Shown here one piece after another: positions 38,067 through 51,724 of a stretch of DNA of 64,000 nucleotides. The translations under genes and the position numbers were made by a program. Origin of the DNA: Podarcis gaigeae. Its lineage: Eukaryota. The number at the start of each line of letters is the position of its first letter. Within the stretch, counting starts at the first letter, position 1. Where the stretch lies: NCBI GenBank assembly GCA_964106915.2, contig OZ066915.1; one strand, 5' to 3'. The notes under the pieces were generated by a model. That model was given only the letters and a program-made list of their open reading frames with translations, did no database searches and had not been told where the DNA came from.

Positions 38067-38438
38067 TGTCAGTAGTGCCATTGTTGCTGATTTTTCATAA
38101 ATATAGCTCAAAAACAGAAACTTTTCTGTCCAGATTTTCACTGTGCGAAATATTGCAAGCATAGTTTACTACAGTTACAGGACTAGTAAGCAGGACAGGA
38201 TATAAAGACAAATGTCAAACCCAAAAATAATAATTGAATTCTGCAATGATCTGAGGTGTTAAAAACATTAGAAACAGACACCCTTACTATTCAAGAAGTA
38301 TCAAGTAGAAATAAAATAAAAAAAACAGCAAGCATGAGCTTAATTTTTTCCCCCCAATCACATATGCATGTGCGCACGCATGCACACACATAACACCTAC
38401 AGCCCAGCATGACCTTTGGAAAACAGGAGCTGCCTTAC

Positions 38439-38513
38439 CAGTTCCTACAATCCTTGAGTCAGCAAAGTGCTTGGCTAAAATGGCAGCGAGGTGAGTCAAA
38501 GTCTCTTCGTAGC
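38439..38513 (-). CDS. RNF123: RNF123 coding exon
   Basis: (G)[24 protein letters not shown]; AG/GT; 75 bp. Confidence 0.95.
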
Positions 38514-40142
38514 CTGAAAAGAAAAAGTTCAGAATATCAGGATGCAGGGGGAAAAAACCCACAGTTATAGGATATAGCAGCTGCAGCAGAATGAATTTCT
38601 AGAATGAGCTTTCAGATTTACAGAGAGAAAACACGGTCCAAGTATGGAGGATGGGCTACCACTTGTCTGAGTCTCTAGCAGGCAAGTCAGGAATCAAGCT
38701 TAAAGTTTAAGAGAATGATGGCAGGAAGTCTGCACAGCAGCATTTGGTGTTGCCAACTTTACCTTACCACTTAACCAGAAGCATCGGAAGTAAGTGGGAA
38801 TGTCCATAGAAGTTCTTTTACACACCTGGTTAGAAAGCAGCCATGCAGGCTGTGGACTGGGTTCATCTCTTTGACTAGTATAGGCTTTCTGAGACATGCA
38901 GATAATCAATACAGGAGTAGCAGTTGTTGAATCTGATATAATTAGCCTGGACACTTCCCTACAGTTAAGCAAATTCTTAGCAATAATATACAGTAGTCCC
39001 TTTGTATAGGACTAATACCCGCATAACACAGCTAAAATAGGAATACTGAACTGTGTTATGGAGCAGCTTTGGGGTAGACAGAATAATAAAGACTGGGGAA
39101 ATTGTAGATGGGATGGGGGTTAAAAACCTATTCCCCAGTGCTGTAGCTCTGATCTAAAATCCACCACAAGCTTTTGACATTTGAGGGGGGGGGAGAGTGG
39201 ACAATCCAATCACAGATCTCCTGGTGTCATATCTGGTTTCATCCCCAAAATGAAAGAGATTGTGGCTCTCACAGAGTACCACCTACAGAGAAAAACAATA
39301 TGCTGAAATACACTGCCTCACTTCCAAAAAGCTTGCAGCCAAAAAGGAGAGCTGAGGAATTTCAGATGGAGGAGTTTGGAATAACTATGAAATAAGAAAA
39401 TAGATCTTCCAAACCAGTTTTCATAATTTCATCTCCAGGGCCAGACTGCACAACACCTGCTCTGACACAATGACAGTATTTTCTCACCCTTCACAGTACT
39501 TCAAAAAGGAGGAAATGTATTTTGCATATATTTCCAAAACAACGTAACTGCAGGCTGAGGGAAGAAAACACAACACAATCCAAAATCAGGGACAGAAAAC
39601 AAGCATAACCACTGGAATTTGAGGAGGCAAAAAAATGATGTAAGCAGGAAGGCTTGATTTGTATGCTTTGCTTGAACAGTCCTTAATAGTCAATATGATG
39701 CAGTTGTCTAACATAATTATGCCATGCAGTTGCATAGTAAGAATGGCGATTTTCTACATGTTTTGCTACTCTTGCCTTGCAAAATTGCTAAATGACTTTT
39801 AATGAAATTCTAAAAACTGTACACAAAGGTCCTTTATGACCGCAACTCTTCAAAAAGGGGATCAGTATAATTACCAGGAGCTGCAGTGTTTCAGGGTAAC
39901 ATCACTCAGATAATGTATAAATACTAAAAAGTTATTAGGCATAAGGGTAGGCAGTCAGGCTTAATAGCATTTAATCAACTACAGGATGCAGGGGCAAACA
40001 ATGCTTGTTATAGCTTGCACTAGGCATTATCAAGATGAGAAACCCGGGGACCCAGACTGAAGTTTTGTGTGTGTGGAGGGCAGGACAATTGTGTGAGCAA
40101 GTTAAACAGCAGCTAATGTGATTAGAAAGTTGAGTACCACTC

Positions 40143-40258
40143 AAGAGTATCACCAACTTTTACTCAACAGTAGACCTACTGAATTAATGAACATGACTGA
40201 GTTAGGTCTATAATTTCAATAAGTCTACTCTGAGTAAAGCTTGGTTGAATACTACCCC
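40143..40258. repeat. Short palindromic MITE-like repeat
   Basis: Inverted arms CTTTTACTCAACAGTAGAC...GTCTACTCTGAGTAAAG; a related copy lies near 61655-61770. Confidence 0.55.
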
Positions 40259-40465
40259 ACAACACAGCCAGCATATTTTCAAAACACATCTTTACAACTA
40301 CTAGGGCACGTTAAGCTAAGGTTCTTTGCAACCCAAATTCTGTGCAGTATGCAATATTCTGTGTGGAGTTCTTATCCCTTTTCTCTTGCGCATTGAATTC
40401 TATACACAAAATTACAGATGGTCCTGCTCAGAGGCCCTCTCCGGTTCCCTCCTTCTCCTCCTCAC

Positions 40466-40643
40466 CTGGAAGCTCTTCCATGCTGTTGACAGGACTGAAG
40501 TAGTTCTTGAGAGCACTGTAGCTATTCATAGCCACACTCAGATAAAATTCTGGCATAAAAGCAAAGAGCGAACCAATCCTGTCTCCATGCTCAATAGTGC
40601 GGATGCATACCCGTAGCAGCCAGTATATATCTTGCATCTTCTC
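40466..40643 (-). CDS. RNF123: RNF123 coding exon
   Basis: [22 protein letters not shown]...SMEELP(G); AG/GT; 178 bp. Confidence 0.95.
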
Positions 40644-40706
40644 CTGAAAAGGAGCAATTCCTAGTTAGTTTGTATCTCAACTGGCATGAAATAATATATC
40701 TAAGTG

Positions 40707-40846
40707 CAGGGGCAGGGAACCTGTGGTCCAGCAGATGTTGTTGGACTCCAATGCCCATCAGCCACAGGCAGCATGGCTAACCATCAGGGATGAGGCAAGT
40801 TGTAGTTCAGCAACATTCTTGGGGGGGCCACAGGTTCCCCGCACCC
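40707..40846. mobile_element. Palindromic hAT MITE, diverged copy
   Basis: CAGGGGCAGGGAACCTGTGG...CCACAGGTTCCCC inverted ends. Confidence 0.7.
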
Positions 40847-40925
40847 AGATCAGAGTAAATACTACCGAGGAAATAAAAGAAAAGGAGGTCAACAATTTTG
40901 TGCAAAAGCAGGAAAAATGAATATG

Positions 40926-41291
40926 GTAAAGGTAAAGGTAAAGGTACCCCTGCCAGTACGGGCCAGTCTTGCCAGACTCTGGGGTTGTGCGCCCATCTCA
41001 CTCAAGAGGCCAGGGGCCAGCGCTGTCCGGAGACACTTCCGGGTCACATGGCCAGCGTGACATCGCTGCTCTGGCGAGCCAGAGCTGCACACGGAAACGC
41101 CGTTTACCTTCCCGCTAGAAAGCGGTCCCTATTTATCTACTTGCACCCGAGGGTGCTTTCGAACTGCTAGGTTGGCAGGCGCTGGGACCGAGCAACGGGA
41201 GCGCACCCCGCCGCGGGGATTCGAACCGCCGACCTTTCGATCGGCAAGCCCTAGGCACTGAGGCTTTTACCCACAGCGCCACCCGCGTCCC
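40926..41291 (-). mobile_element. Full-length young Sauria SINE with ~86-bp flanking direct repeat
   Basis: Head GGGACGCGGGTGGCGCTGTGGG, intact B box GGTTCGAATCC, many CpGs retained, (ACCTTT)n tail; flanking repeats at 40840-40925 and 41292-41377. Confidence 0.93.
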
Positions 41292-41574
41292 CACGCCCAG
41301 ATCAGAGTAAATACTACCGAGGAAATAAAAGAAAAGGAGGTCAACAATTTTGTGCAAAAGCAGGAAAAATGAATATGAATTTACTGCTAAAACGGAAGAT
41401 TTTTCTTTAATAAAAATGAACTTTAGCAGGATATATTAACAGAAGTACAACATACAAGACTTTGGAAGAAATGGTACAGCTCCATTCAGCATTGGCCAGG
41501 CCACAATTGGAATTTATGGCCCAAGCTTAAGTGAAGCACCTCAGTGATATTATGTGTACTACTTTCCTTCTCAC

Positions 41575-41682
41575 CTTTGAATAAATGGTAACATTGATCC
41601 AAGCAAGTCGGCGACTCAGGTGATTAAGTTTCTCTGAGAAAACCTTCTGACTTTTCACCAGTTCATCATGGATGTCTCTTCT
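41575..41682 (-). CDS. RNF123: RNF123 coding exon
   Basis: [36 protein letters not shown]; AG/GT; 108 bp. Confidence 0.95.
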
Positions 41683-42373
41683 CTGAATTGGACACAGAGG
41701 GGGGAGGGATGAAGAGCAATGGTGCATATGTTTTCCTGCTTTCAGAAGCATGTACACAGCAAGTCCAGTATTTCACAAAAGCCTTATCACAATCACAGGA
41801 TGTTCTTTTAATGTTGAGGAAAAGCATGAGCTGCCATGGTCTTTGGCTAGCTACAGTACACACAACTTTTTACACCTAACAATATCCAAGGAATCTTAAC
41901 AGGAGTCTTGACACCAATTCCACATTAGACACACCACCACGGAAGTTGAGAATCTATTCCAGTGGTACCTTGGGAAACCAACTTCATTTAACAACTCCTC
42001 ACACATGAACAGTGTAACACAGGAGACAAGAACTGATGCAAATTCATGACTCCCCTTCCACAAAGATAAAAACCACGTTTTGATGGAAAGGGAGCCATGA
42101 TCTTGCAGGAGTGTGTGGCTCCGAAGTTTACTTTAACACTCAAGGCGTTGTTGTTGTTTTAATCATTAATCATTAACCAGAAAAAACAACCATCCTATTT
42201 TAGCTAAATGGAGAATTAGCCACCATTACTTCTCAGTCTGCCTGCAGAAAATCAGTGAGAGCAACAGAGTGCTGCTCAGCACCTGAATGATTCTCAAGAA
42301 AGAGAACAGCTTGCAGGCAATATAGGCCTATTTTAAGGGAGAGTGAATATAACTATCCCCGTGTTATTCTTAC

Positions 42374-42457
42374 CCTCTTTGGGCATCGGCTAATCTTTTC
42401 TTCAGTGTCTTTCAGTGCCATAGCATACTCATTCACATCATCGGAAACACCTACCAT
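42374..42457 (-). CDS. RNF123: RNF123 coding exon
   Basis: [28 protein letters not shown]; AG/GT; 84 bp. Confidence 0.95.
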
Positions 42458-43191
42458 CTAAAACAGAAATAAGGGTCAGTAGTACCAGCTAGAGCTTTTC
42501 TGTACAGGTTATAGCACATACTGGATTCTTTTCCAAACACTTAACGTGTGGCAGCATCAATACATTGCAGGGCCCAACCCCACAATGAGCCCCTCCCACC
42601 AGTCGCTTTCCTGGAGACAGATTTTCAGCTGACAGCCTATAGCAGAACTACGTAAGATGGCAGCAGACAGACCCACACTTCTGAAGGTGGGAGACTGCCA
42701 AACGGCAATAAAGCAGCAGGAGGCAGGGCAATTTCCAACAGAAAATTGGCAACTCTTCTTCTGTCAGCCGCTATCGCAGCTGAAGCTCTTCTCCCTCAAG
42801 GCTATTCCCTTGCAGCTAGCCTCACTGCCAATCACAGATCCTTGCTTTGGGACGGAGGAAAGAAGTGGCTGCAAGCGGGATACCAGTGCGGGGAATGGGG
42901 ATCAGCATCCCTTCTCACACCTGCTACTCTCAGAAGGAAATACATGCACATCTATTGTGTTACTGCTGCATGGTGGCCAACCATGTTCAGAAAGTGCAGG
43001 TCTGTCACCAAAGGGTGTAGTTCCACCCAAAAGCAGAGTGCAAGCAAGCATTGTGAGTTGGTATGGTGGCTGCAATCAAAAGCGCCCCACCCTCTCCCAG
43101 TGGGCCATGGTGTCTTTGTTAGTGTGAGTTCCAATCCCAGTTGTGCGAATGGGACAGGACTGAAAACTCCCCTGAAATGAATCCTGCTCAC

Positions 43192-43337
43192 CTTACCAAG
43201 CTGCTGGTGCACGCTGAGGTTGTACATCATGACTATTCCATCCAAGATTTCCAAAAGAGAATTCTCAGTGATTGGTTGTTCTGGCTCTTCGGCAGGTCTC
43301 CCCAATAAAAGACCCTCATTTCCATGGCTGCCTTCAA
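43192..43337 (-). CDS. RNF123: RNF123 coding exon
   Basis: (I)[21 protein letters not shown]...[11 protein letters not shown]; AG/GT; 146 bp. Confidence 0.95.
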
Positions 43338-44350
43338 CTGCCATAAAAACAATGAAACATCCATCAGTGTGAAGAAAATGGAACTAAGGCTGGTCTGGTA
43401 TTCTCTCTTTTTTAACCATAAAGTTTTGTTAGCCTTTCTGTTCTGAAGGAAAACTTGAACAAACAGCTACCTCAAGTCACCAGACACCTTAGTTTAGCTG
43501 GTTCTGTTTCGAGGCATATGGACTCTGCCTTTGAACCTACATTTATCCTTCTGAGCCTCATCATCCTGCAGTTTTGTTTACTAAAATAATTAAATATAAC
43601 CTATTTAACACTGTTTACTCCCAGATCATTTGCACTGGCTACACAGTTCTGTTGCTTAGAAAGCACATAGCTTGAATTACAATTGTAGATCTTTACAACA
43701 AATCCAGGCTATGGGCTAGCATGCAAGTAGAAATCCTTCCCCTCAGTTAGAAGGTATAACTTCAGGCTGAAATTATCTACCTACCTATAATTATTAGAGG
43801 ATCACAGAGTGATTTACAGCATAAAAATACAAAAATGTCTAATAACAAAGAAAACAATAACCACTATGACCCCACATTTGTTATCATTTTGTAAACACCT
43901 GATCATGTTGAAAGTCCAGTTGCTATAATGATCCAAGCACTGTAAATGATTCAAGAGAGCTCTTATCTACGGTACCAATTATGAATTTAGGATGGCTGAG
44001 ATCTGGACAACTGTTTAAACAGAAAATGTTAACAAAATTTACCCAAACCCTACACAACCTGAAAATGAAGGACAATTTAGGAAAGTGTTACATCTGTTTA
44101 CTGAATACATTAAAATTAAGGAACATGATTGGCAGCCACTCTCTTCTCATGGATTTCTTTGGAAAAACATTATTGCATAATATGTTTATGAAGAGCAACT
44201 GTCTGGAATTATAATGCTATTTCTGGAATACTACCACTCCCTCCTCCCTCCTCTCACCTTGTATCCTTCTCCCCCCTCCCTTTCTTGCTTTGATCTCTTC
44301 TCTCTTTTGTTGTTGTTATTATTATTATTGCTTTTTGTGTATTAGAAAGG

Positions 44351-44352
<2 letters not shown>

Positions 44353-44390
<38 letters not shown>
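44353..44390. repeat. (TA)n microsatellite
   Basis: Seen directly, about 12 bp from an RNF123 exon end (donor side). Confidence 0.95.
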
Positions 44391-44395
<5 letters not shown>

Positions 44396-44402
44396 TACTC
44401 AC

Positions 44403-44595
44403 TGTCCTCCTCTGTCCGTTGTTCCATGTTCAACGTACGAACTTTAACTTTCTCCAAGGCACCTGGTGACCGCCTTGGAGTCATAAGGCTAACAGCTGCA
44501 GTGCTGAGAAAACGGTTAGCCCGCCCCAGGGTGGGTGAACTAAGCCAGCTTGGTCTGGCCAAGGCACCTCCAATTGCCAGTGTCGCAGCTGGACG
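44403..44595 (-). CDS. RNF123: RNF123 coding exon
   Basis: [42 protein letters not shown]...EQRTEED; AG/GT; 193 bp. Confidence 0.95.
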
Positions 44596-46964
44596 CTGAG
44601 AAAGAGAGAGATTGAGAGATATGAAGTAATATTTGTTCAGCTCTTTCTCTAACGGGAAGAATCAAGCTGGTTTGAACCATGCACAAATCTCCTTTGTTTT
44701 AGTTAGGCTCATTTGTAGGACAAGTAGCTGAAATATTTCCTTCTCACTCACTGTAACCTAGAAGAAGAACCAGGGTCCTGTCCTGAAGAATACAGGCAAG
44801 CATAGCACAGGCAGACATTCAGGACAGGAAAACTTTTACTAGAAAGCACAATTTGTATCCTTATCAGTTATTTCAATAGGGTGGTTTTGAACTGACACAC
44901 AACCCAGTTTACACAATCCACACTGCAAAATGCATCAGCTTGATTATGCATCAGCTAATGACTGGAATCAATCTTTTAAGGGTCCAAACAGCAACCAGAG
45001 TGAAAGAATCAGCACTGGGCCAGACGCAATGGCAATACTGGACTATCCTGTGCTGTATAGTTCCAAATTCAAGGGACACAATATTCTTCACAACATGGTC
45101 TTATCAGAGGGTGCAGTCACAGATGGCGAAATTGTGCTCACATTGACATCCCTGTGAACTAGCAGAGAAGTATCAACCATTCAAATTTCCTGGGCCCAGC
45201 ATGGGGTATCCTTCCATATTTTAAGGAGTGGGAAATCCTGACCACCTATAACCTTGTCCTTGAGAATCCCAAGGAGATAGAACTTTAGCCTGCAGTTTCT
45301 AAAGAGGAACACAAGACAAGCTGTAAGGCAACGTTTGCCCACGACGTGAAGACAAAAAATGCAATCGAAGCCAAGCAAAACAAAAGAACTTTTTTTTCTT
45401 TGCACAGAGTACTTTCTTTAACAAACTGAATCCTTGAATTCCTCATCTTATCAGGCCTTGCATCACATTGTGTCAACAGTTCTCAAAGTTCTCAAGTAGT
45501 AGCTGGTCTTGAGTTTCCACTGAACTTTTCCTGGGGTATATATAGATGAGGCCTGAAGCCTTAAAAAGCACCCCCTGCCCAAGCTTTTCCCACACTTTAC
45601 TGTGCTCTACAGATTTAGTCACCAAGTCACTATGGTGGCTGCCCCTGCCAACCTTTGGGAACCATCCTTCCCCCTAACATAAATATCTGTTTTCCTGAGT
45701 TTTCTGCAAATTACAGATAATTTGGAAGGGGAAACCTTTTGCTTCGTAGCAGGCTTTTTCATTAAGCAGAAGATGGAAGTAGAGGCTGACACTGCTTCTC
45801 ATGTGAAGTGAGATAAAACCGACCCTCTGCTAGCAAGGGCAAGTGAAGTCTTGGGACAGGCCTTTTCTGTCATTTTACATCATGCTTTAGAAAAGGCAAG
45901 AGGTGACGGGATCCCCCTTCATTGCTTTCCCCTTCTATATGAGTTTGTGTTAAGTGATCCTCTCTTGTTCCACACCAGCCATTGGGGAAGGAGAAAGCAA
46001 CAAGAGGGCCTCCACCCTGCTTCTTTCATTTCCAAAGTCTTACATGCTTCATGCAGGATTTTTGTAGAAGGCACTCACTACTTCTGCAAATCCTGCCATT
46101 TCCCCAAGTTCTCTGTGTATGCCAGGAGATTCAGGACAGGGGGCAGGGAAGAGGAGATTGGTGGAAACCATAAACAACAGGTGACAACTGTGTCAAATCA
46201 ACACATGGGGCCTTCTATATAAAATCATGTTGCAGTTTCCCTTATATTGGTTTCTGATATTAGAACTTCCCGACTCAAACTGCAGAGTCATCACTACAAT
46301 CTTTGGCAAGCCCAGATCCTGACTCAGATGTCTGTGTTAGGACCAACAGCAACTAGCGTTCAATCAGCATTCTTGGCATTCTCAGGTTAAGAGTGTAATG
46401 CTGCTGACTAATGTGAAATGCAGAGCTGTTGGAGCTTTAAGTGACCATCAGATCTTGCTAAACAGAGAACTCTCCGTTAGCCTGCCAAATTCTGGGCCTG
46501 CAGTAGAACCAGCAGGGTTAAAATTAATATAAAAGACCTGAGAAAATAAAAAGGTCTTTGCTTGGCACTGAAGGACAACGAAGCAGGTGCCAGGCCAACT
46601 GCTTTGGAGAGAGCATTCCATTACTGGGGTCCAAACACTGAGAAATCCCTCTCCCTGCTAGCCTCCCACCTGAGGTAACTTTGTTTACAGAACTGTCCCC
46701 TGACCTAAATATGTCTGATTATAGCCTCTGAGAGTCAGGATTTTGGGCTGGATTCTGATGTACAGCTTTTTCTCCAGAGCGATCTCGGCCCTGAATGGGA
46801 AGCCTGGACTTTGAAAGTCATCTAATCTTCCTTGCTGTATTATACTGTATTGTTTTAATTAGTGTTTTTATAGTTGTTTTGATTTTATGTGGAGTGCCCT
46901 ACCTGGGTGGATGGAGCAGCCAAGTAATTTCGTTGTCCCCGAGAGGGGGCAATGACAATAAAGA

Positions 46965-47010
<46 letters not shown>
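46965..47010. repeat. (TAT)n microsatellite
   Basis: Seen directly. Confidence 0.95.
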
Positions 47011-47012
<2 letters not shown>

Positions 47013-47233
47013 TACACTTTGCTATGGCTGTACAACCAATACGTTCAACACAAAACTTAGAAAGGCGAATTTCTTGGGTACAAGGCATAAAAGTCTCTCT
47101 TTACTTGCTTCTCCCATCCATCCAAAACAGATTTCTGCTTCCAGGAGGCTCAGTGCTCCTCCTTCCTTCCTTATAGACTTCATTGACAGCTGGCTAAGTT
47201 AAAACTCATTGCACATGGCATTGTTAGGCTCAC

Positions 47234-47340
47234 TTGTGCTGTTGACACTGCTGACTCTTCATCTTCATCAAGATCATCCATTGTCACCGCCTGAAGTTCT
47301 GCAGGGTCAATCAGAATATTTGCCTTTGAAGCAAGCTCAT
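47234..47340 (-). CDS. RNF123: RNF123 coding exon
   Basis: (D)[35 protein letters not shown]; AG/GT; 107 bp. Confidence 0.94.
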
Positions 47341-48515
47341 CTGTATGAATAAAATACCAAATACATTCACTGCTAGGTATAATTACCTATGCACATTCCA
47401 TTTACCACATGTCTTATTTGCAGTATTATTATTATACCCCATTTTCCTGGTGGGACTCAAAGCAGCAGTACAGCTACCAGAAGCTCAAAGTGTAACACAG
47501 CAGTGTCAATATTGCTACTGTGTCTTCACTAAGGCTGCAATCCTATGCACAGTGGGACTTGCTGAATTCAGTGGGGTGTACCTCTGAGTATACATACATA
47601 GGATTGCACTGTAAATGATCAGATCTGGTGCCAAAGGCATAGAAGAGGATCAACGCTCTTCCCAGCCATTTGTCCACTCAAAAACTCCTCCAAAGATAAA
47701 ATATACTAGAACCTGTATTTTTTTTTATTTCTCAGGAAGAAAAGTACCTGTAGAGGCCAAATTTGAGTGGAGAAATAGCTGGGAACGAAAATGCTAAAGC
47801 ATCTGTTATGCACTTTTCAAAAAAGGTATTAAGTGGCGTGGGACGAACCACTGCCAGTAGTCATTCTATATAGACGTAGAACATGCTGTGAAAAATCAAA
47901 TATGGTTAGGTATGCATTTTTGGGTACAGAAAGTATTGATCTAATGTGTAGAGACCTTTTCTATTCTAATCAATTCAAGAAGTTTCTGGAAGCTTCTCTG
48001 TGTGATACAAGCTGGTGCAAGCTGGAAGTTTGTTGCTGACAAGCAAGATACTATTCTGTCTAGAAACAAGCAGAAGATTCCTGATGTTTTGATTATTCCT
48101 TCAGAGAAGCTGAGCAGCCGTTTCAAACTGGTTCTGTTATCTTTTTCTGTCATGCTGACTAGAAGAACAGGCCAGGAGGAGCCTGAGTTTCTCTTTTCTT
48201 CTGATGTGGTGGTTTGTATATAACATGCTTAGTGCTAAGGTTTCAGTCTTATTGTAAGTTATTGTAAGTTTAAGTTTAGTCTGCTGCAACTGGATTTCTA
48301 ATGGATTGTGCCAACCTTGAAGATATAGGGATTTGTGACTATTATGCTCATTTACCTTCAGTAGTAAAGCTCTGCTGGATGAAGAATTAATTGCCTCTGG
48401 TCTATTTTTTGGGGAATCCTGCAATGTGTTTAAGTTTTTACTCTGCTAACTTTATGATGAAGTCTGCTCTAGATCAATATGAGCAGTACCAAATAACAAA
48501 TATGCTTTCTGACAC

Positions 48516-48552
<37 letters not shown>

Positions 48553-49589
48553 GTATTGTTATGCTTTATTGTTTTACCTATAAACAGACAACTGAAGGGT
48601 AGTATTTTTTTTAATGACTAAAATAAAATGCTCCCGTATGCAAACTGTACTTTTTCCAGATTGTGTTACTGATTCTAATAGTTATTTCCTTTTGTGTACG
48701 TTTTGCCTTGGAGGCTGCTCCCAAGGCAGAGAAAGGAGCATCCAGACCCTAGGTGCAATGGACAAGTCTGTCCAATAAGAGCCAAAAAATTGAGTAGAGA
48801 AATCTTGGGTCTCCCCCAGGGTGAAGAAAAACAAGATTCATAAAAGGGTCACACACAATCTTCAAAATGTAATTTGGAGCTTGTATTTCATATTCTCTTA
48901 TCTCTACCAAGCAGATGGCCAAGCAGCTCCAGTGCCCTAAAGCCTGGCTCTACTGATCTGAAGAGCACCTGAAAGAGGAAAAAGCAAGTCCTAATTGGAA
49001 TCTCACAGGCCAAGAGGCATCAGCTGCCACTTTATCTTCAAGTCCCAGGAGAGCAGTTCTTGTTTTTAGCTTCAGAGGCCATACACATATCCTTGAAGAG
49101 GACTGAGCTATTTAAATTACTTAGAATAGATTTGCATGTAAATTAACAAGTCAAAAAAATTACCACACTTATGTCATGGCTGCTATTTGATAATCAAGTT
49201 AAAATACATAGTTTTAAAGGAAGGTCACAAGTGAAGACAACTAAGCCTTTGAAGAAGATGCCAAGTTAGCATCTGCCTGTTTGAGCAAATAAATGACATT
49301 CTGAGTTTCCCAGTATCCCTAGTATTTAACGAAGTGAAAATAGAAAAGGACCTTTCTCACCTTGCCGGGATCACTTAGGGGACCTAGAAACCAGCAGGCT
49401 TCTGAGTCCAAGTACCAGGCAGAACCAAAGCTTTCACACACAGATACGTAGCTCCACAAAGCAATGAAGCTAATTCTGTGACACTCCTGCCCCATCTTTT
49501 ACTTCCCTCAATAATTTGCTCCTGCAGCAGATCTTCCACATCATATTCTTCCACGTGAATTAATGGAACACAACAAAACAAGCACTTGC
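47341..49589 (-). other. RNF123: GC-AG intron of RNF123
   Basis: Donor AAG|GCAAGT is the boundary that keeps KKTLK-DELASK in frame. Confidence 0.88.
48518..48551. repeat. (CA)n microsatellite
   Basis: Seen directly. Confidence 0.95.
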
Positions 49590-49691
49590 CTTTGAGGGTC
49601 TTCTTGAGATGAGACAAGAGTCCCCCAAGTCGCTGGAGGTCAAAGTAATCCACCTTCCCATTATAGAAGAGCTGAGGGGGGACATATGCAT
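49590..49691 (-). CDS. RNF123: RNF123 coding exon (GC donor)
   Basis: (D)[33 protein letters not shown]; AG/GC; 102 bp. Confidence 0.93.
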
Positions 49692-50174
49692 CTGTGGGGA
49701 AAGATGTTTTATATGCATTTACGGAGAAGGCCAAAGAAAGCTAATCTTCAATGAGTGCAAATAATCAGGGCGGCAGTTACAAGACATCCACCTGCCCTAG
49801 CCAACTCTTCCTCTGGTATAAGGGGGAAGAGAAGTCAACAGAGCACTGAAAATTGGTACTGAACAAAGAAAGCTAAAATGCATTCATACATAGCCCCTTT
49901 GAGGGGCTATGGCAAGGCTAGCATACTAATGAAGATGACTTTCTTCTCTGCTACATGTCTGCACAACAGTGAGGACTAGGTTCACTTTTGGATGAGCATT
50001 GTTTCACTGTGGGATGCAAAATGTAAGAAACGTTGTCTTGAATTTTGCATTTTTGGGTGAAGAGATAGAATTTGGTTACACACAACTCCAGAAATTCCTG
50101 GATGATACAGCCTTCTTCAAAATGCAATCACATACAAAGACCAATATTCCCATTTGTGCATCTTTGGAAATTAC

Positions 50175-50295
50175 CTTCACTGCTCATTGCTAAAGGGTTC
50201 TTCATGTTGTACTCATCCCAGTAATGTTTCAAGGCCGAGATGAGTCGATGCAAGAAGCACACCATGTACTCTGGAGGACACAGCACAGTCAGATT
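50175..50295 (-). CDS. RNF123: RNF123 coding exon
   Basis: [40 protein letters not shown]; AG/GT; 121 bp. Confidence 0.95.
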
Positions 50296-51652
50296 CTAAG
50301 GACAAAAAACAACAAGGCTCTACTGTTAACAGAACAGTTGAGGAGCCATGCTGAATTGAGCTTCTCCATCCCCTCAGATGTGTGTGATGCACACCCTTGC
50401 CTACAGCATTCCCCAGGCAGCACAGAACATTTCCAGTAACTGACAGAGTCAATATCCATCACTGATTCTCACCTGTTTCCCAACAAGAAAGAGCAAGCAC
50501 GTATCTTCCCTTCAAAGCATAGTAGCACAGTACATTAAGAAAAGAGATGATGAGGCAACCTGGTGGCCCCAAGGCATGTTAGCAAGCGCCAGTAAGCACA
50601 TTTCCCTCACTGCCAGAAAAGATTGGCATTGAAACAACAGAACATTCCCAGTCAGGAAAGAACTAAAAGTCCATATCAGAAAGGTGACACCTTCACTTAG
50701 AAGATTTACTGAGAGACCTTTAAGCCATGGCTGAGTGTGCTCTGCTAAGCAAGACTCAAAATGACATACTAAGAAAAATTGAATTCAGGAACCTTCAGTA
50801 AGTTATGCAAAGTTTTAATTAATTGCATAGAAATAATAATTCATTCTAGTAATGGACAGGGGAATCAAGTTATATAGGGTGACAAAGCCCTGTCCTCTAA
50901 CTATTGAAAACTCTGACAGCTGCATTATCCCACTTTCCTTCAGCTTCTGTGATTTCACCATGATTTGCATTTAGGCTTCAAGACCCACTTTTGAAACCAA
51001 GACTTCTGTTCAAGAATGTGCCATCAATACAAAGTGTGTGTTAATTCCCCACAGATACCATTTCTTTTATGAAGTTATAACTTGACTGCTCTTCCCTTCC
51101 AGGTATCTTAAGCTATTTCTTTACATTCTGTTAAAAAAGATGAGATTCCTAGCATAATTGTTCTGCCACCAATATCCTAGGAAGCCAGTCAATGGGGAAC
51201 AGAGGTATAGGGATGGGGGGGGGGGGGCGTAGTGTCAGAACTGAAGCCTAGCTTTGCAGATCTGAAGAGCATTGTCTGTCAGAGTGAAGAGAACTGACAT
51301 TGTCAGATAACAAAACCAAACTGAATAGAATGTAAGGAGTGACCGTGTGTTCGTATTGCATGAGTTGAGGGGCCTTGATAAAGAAATCATTCACTATGAA
51401 CTTGACACCTTGGTAAACCACTGCTGTGTGGAAATTTCCCAATTTCTGCACAGGACAAACCGTAGCATGGAGTCCATCAGCCCGAAATTTAAGAAGTCAT
51501 TACACACTCAACAAAGCACCTATAGTGTCCAAGCTGCAAACATGTCTGCAGCTACGGCTTCTGACAGATATAAGATTGTGTCCTTCTTCAGACCCTCCAA
51601 CAGAAAGTGTGACCGAAGTCAAAGTGGAATGAAGATACTGTTCTCAGCTTAC

Positions 51653-51724
51653 CCCTCGGTTGCTGGCATTTTCCTGAAGAAACTTGCGGAACTTATTTAG
51701 AAAGATGTATCTGGAAGCTCCTCC
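51653..51724 (-). CDS. RNF123: RNF123 coding exon
   Basis: [24 protein letters not shown]; AG/GT; 72 bp. Confidence 0.95.

Noticed and set aside
46795-47202. Poly-Ile, poly-Leu and poly-Asn ORFs (also poly-Tyr at 19513-19749)
   Set aside because: Translations of (TAT)n and (TAA)n microsatellites.
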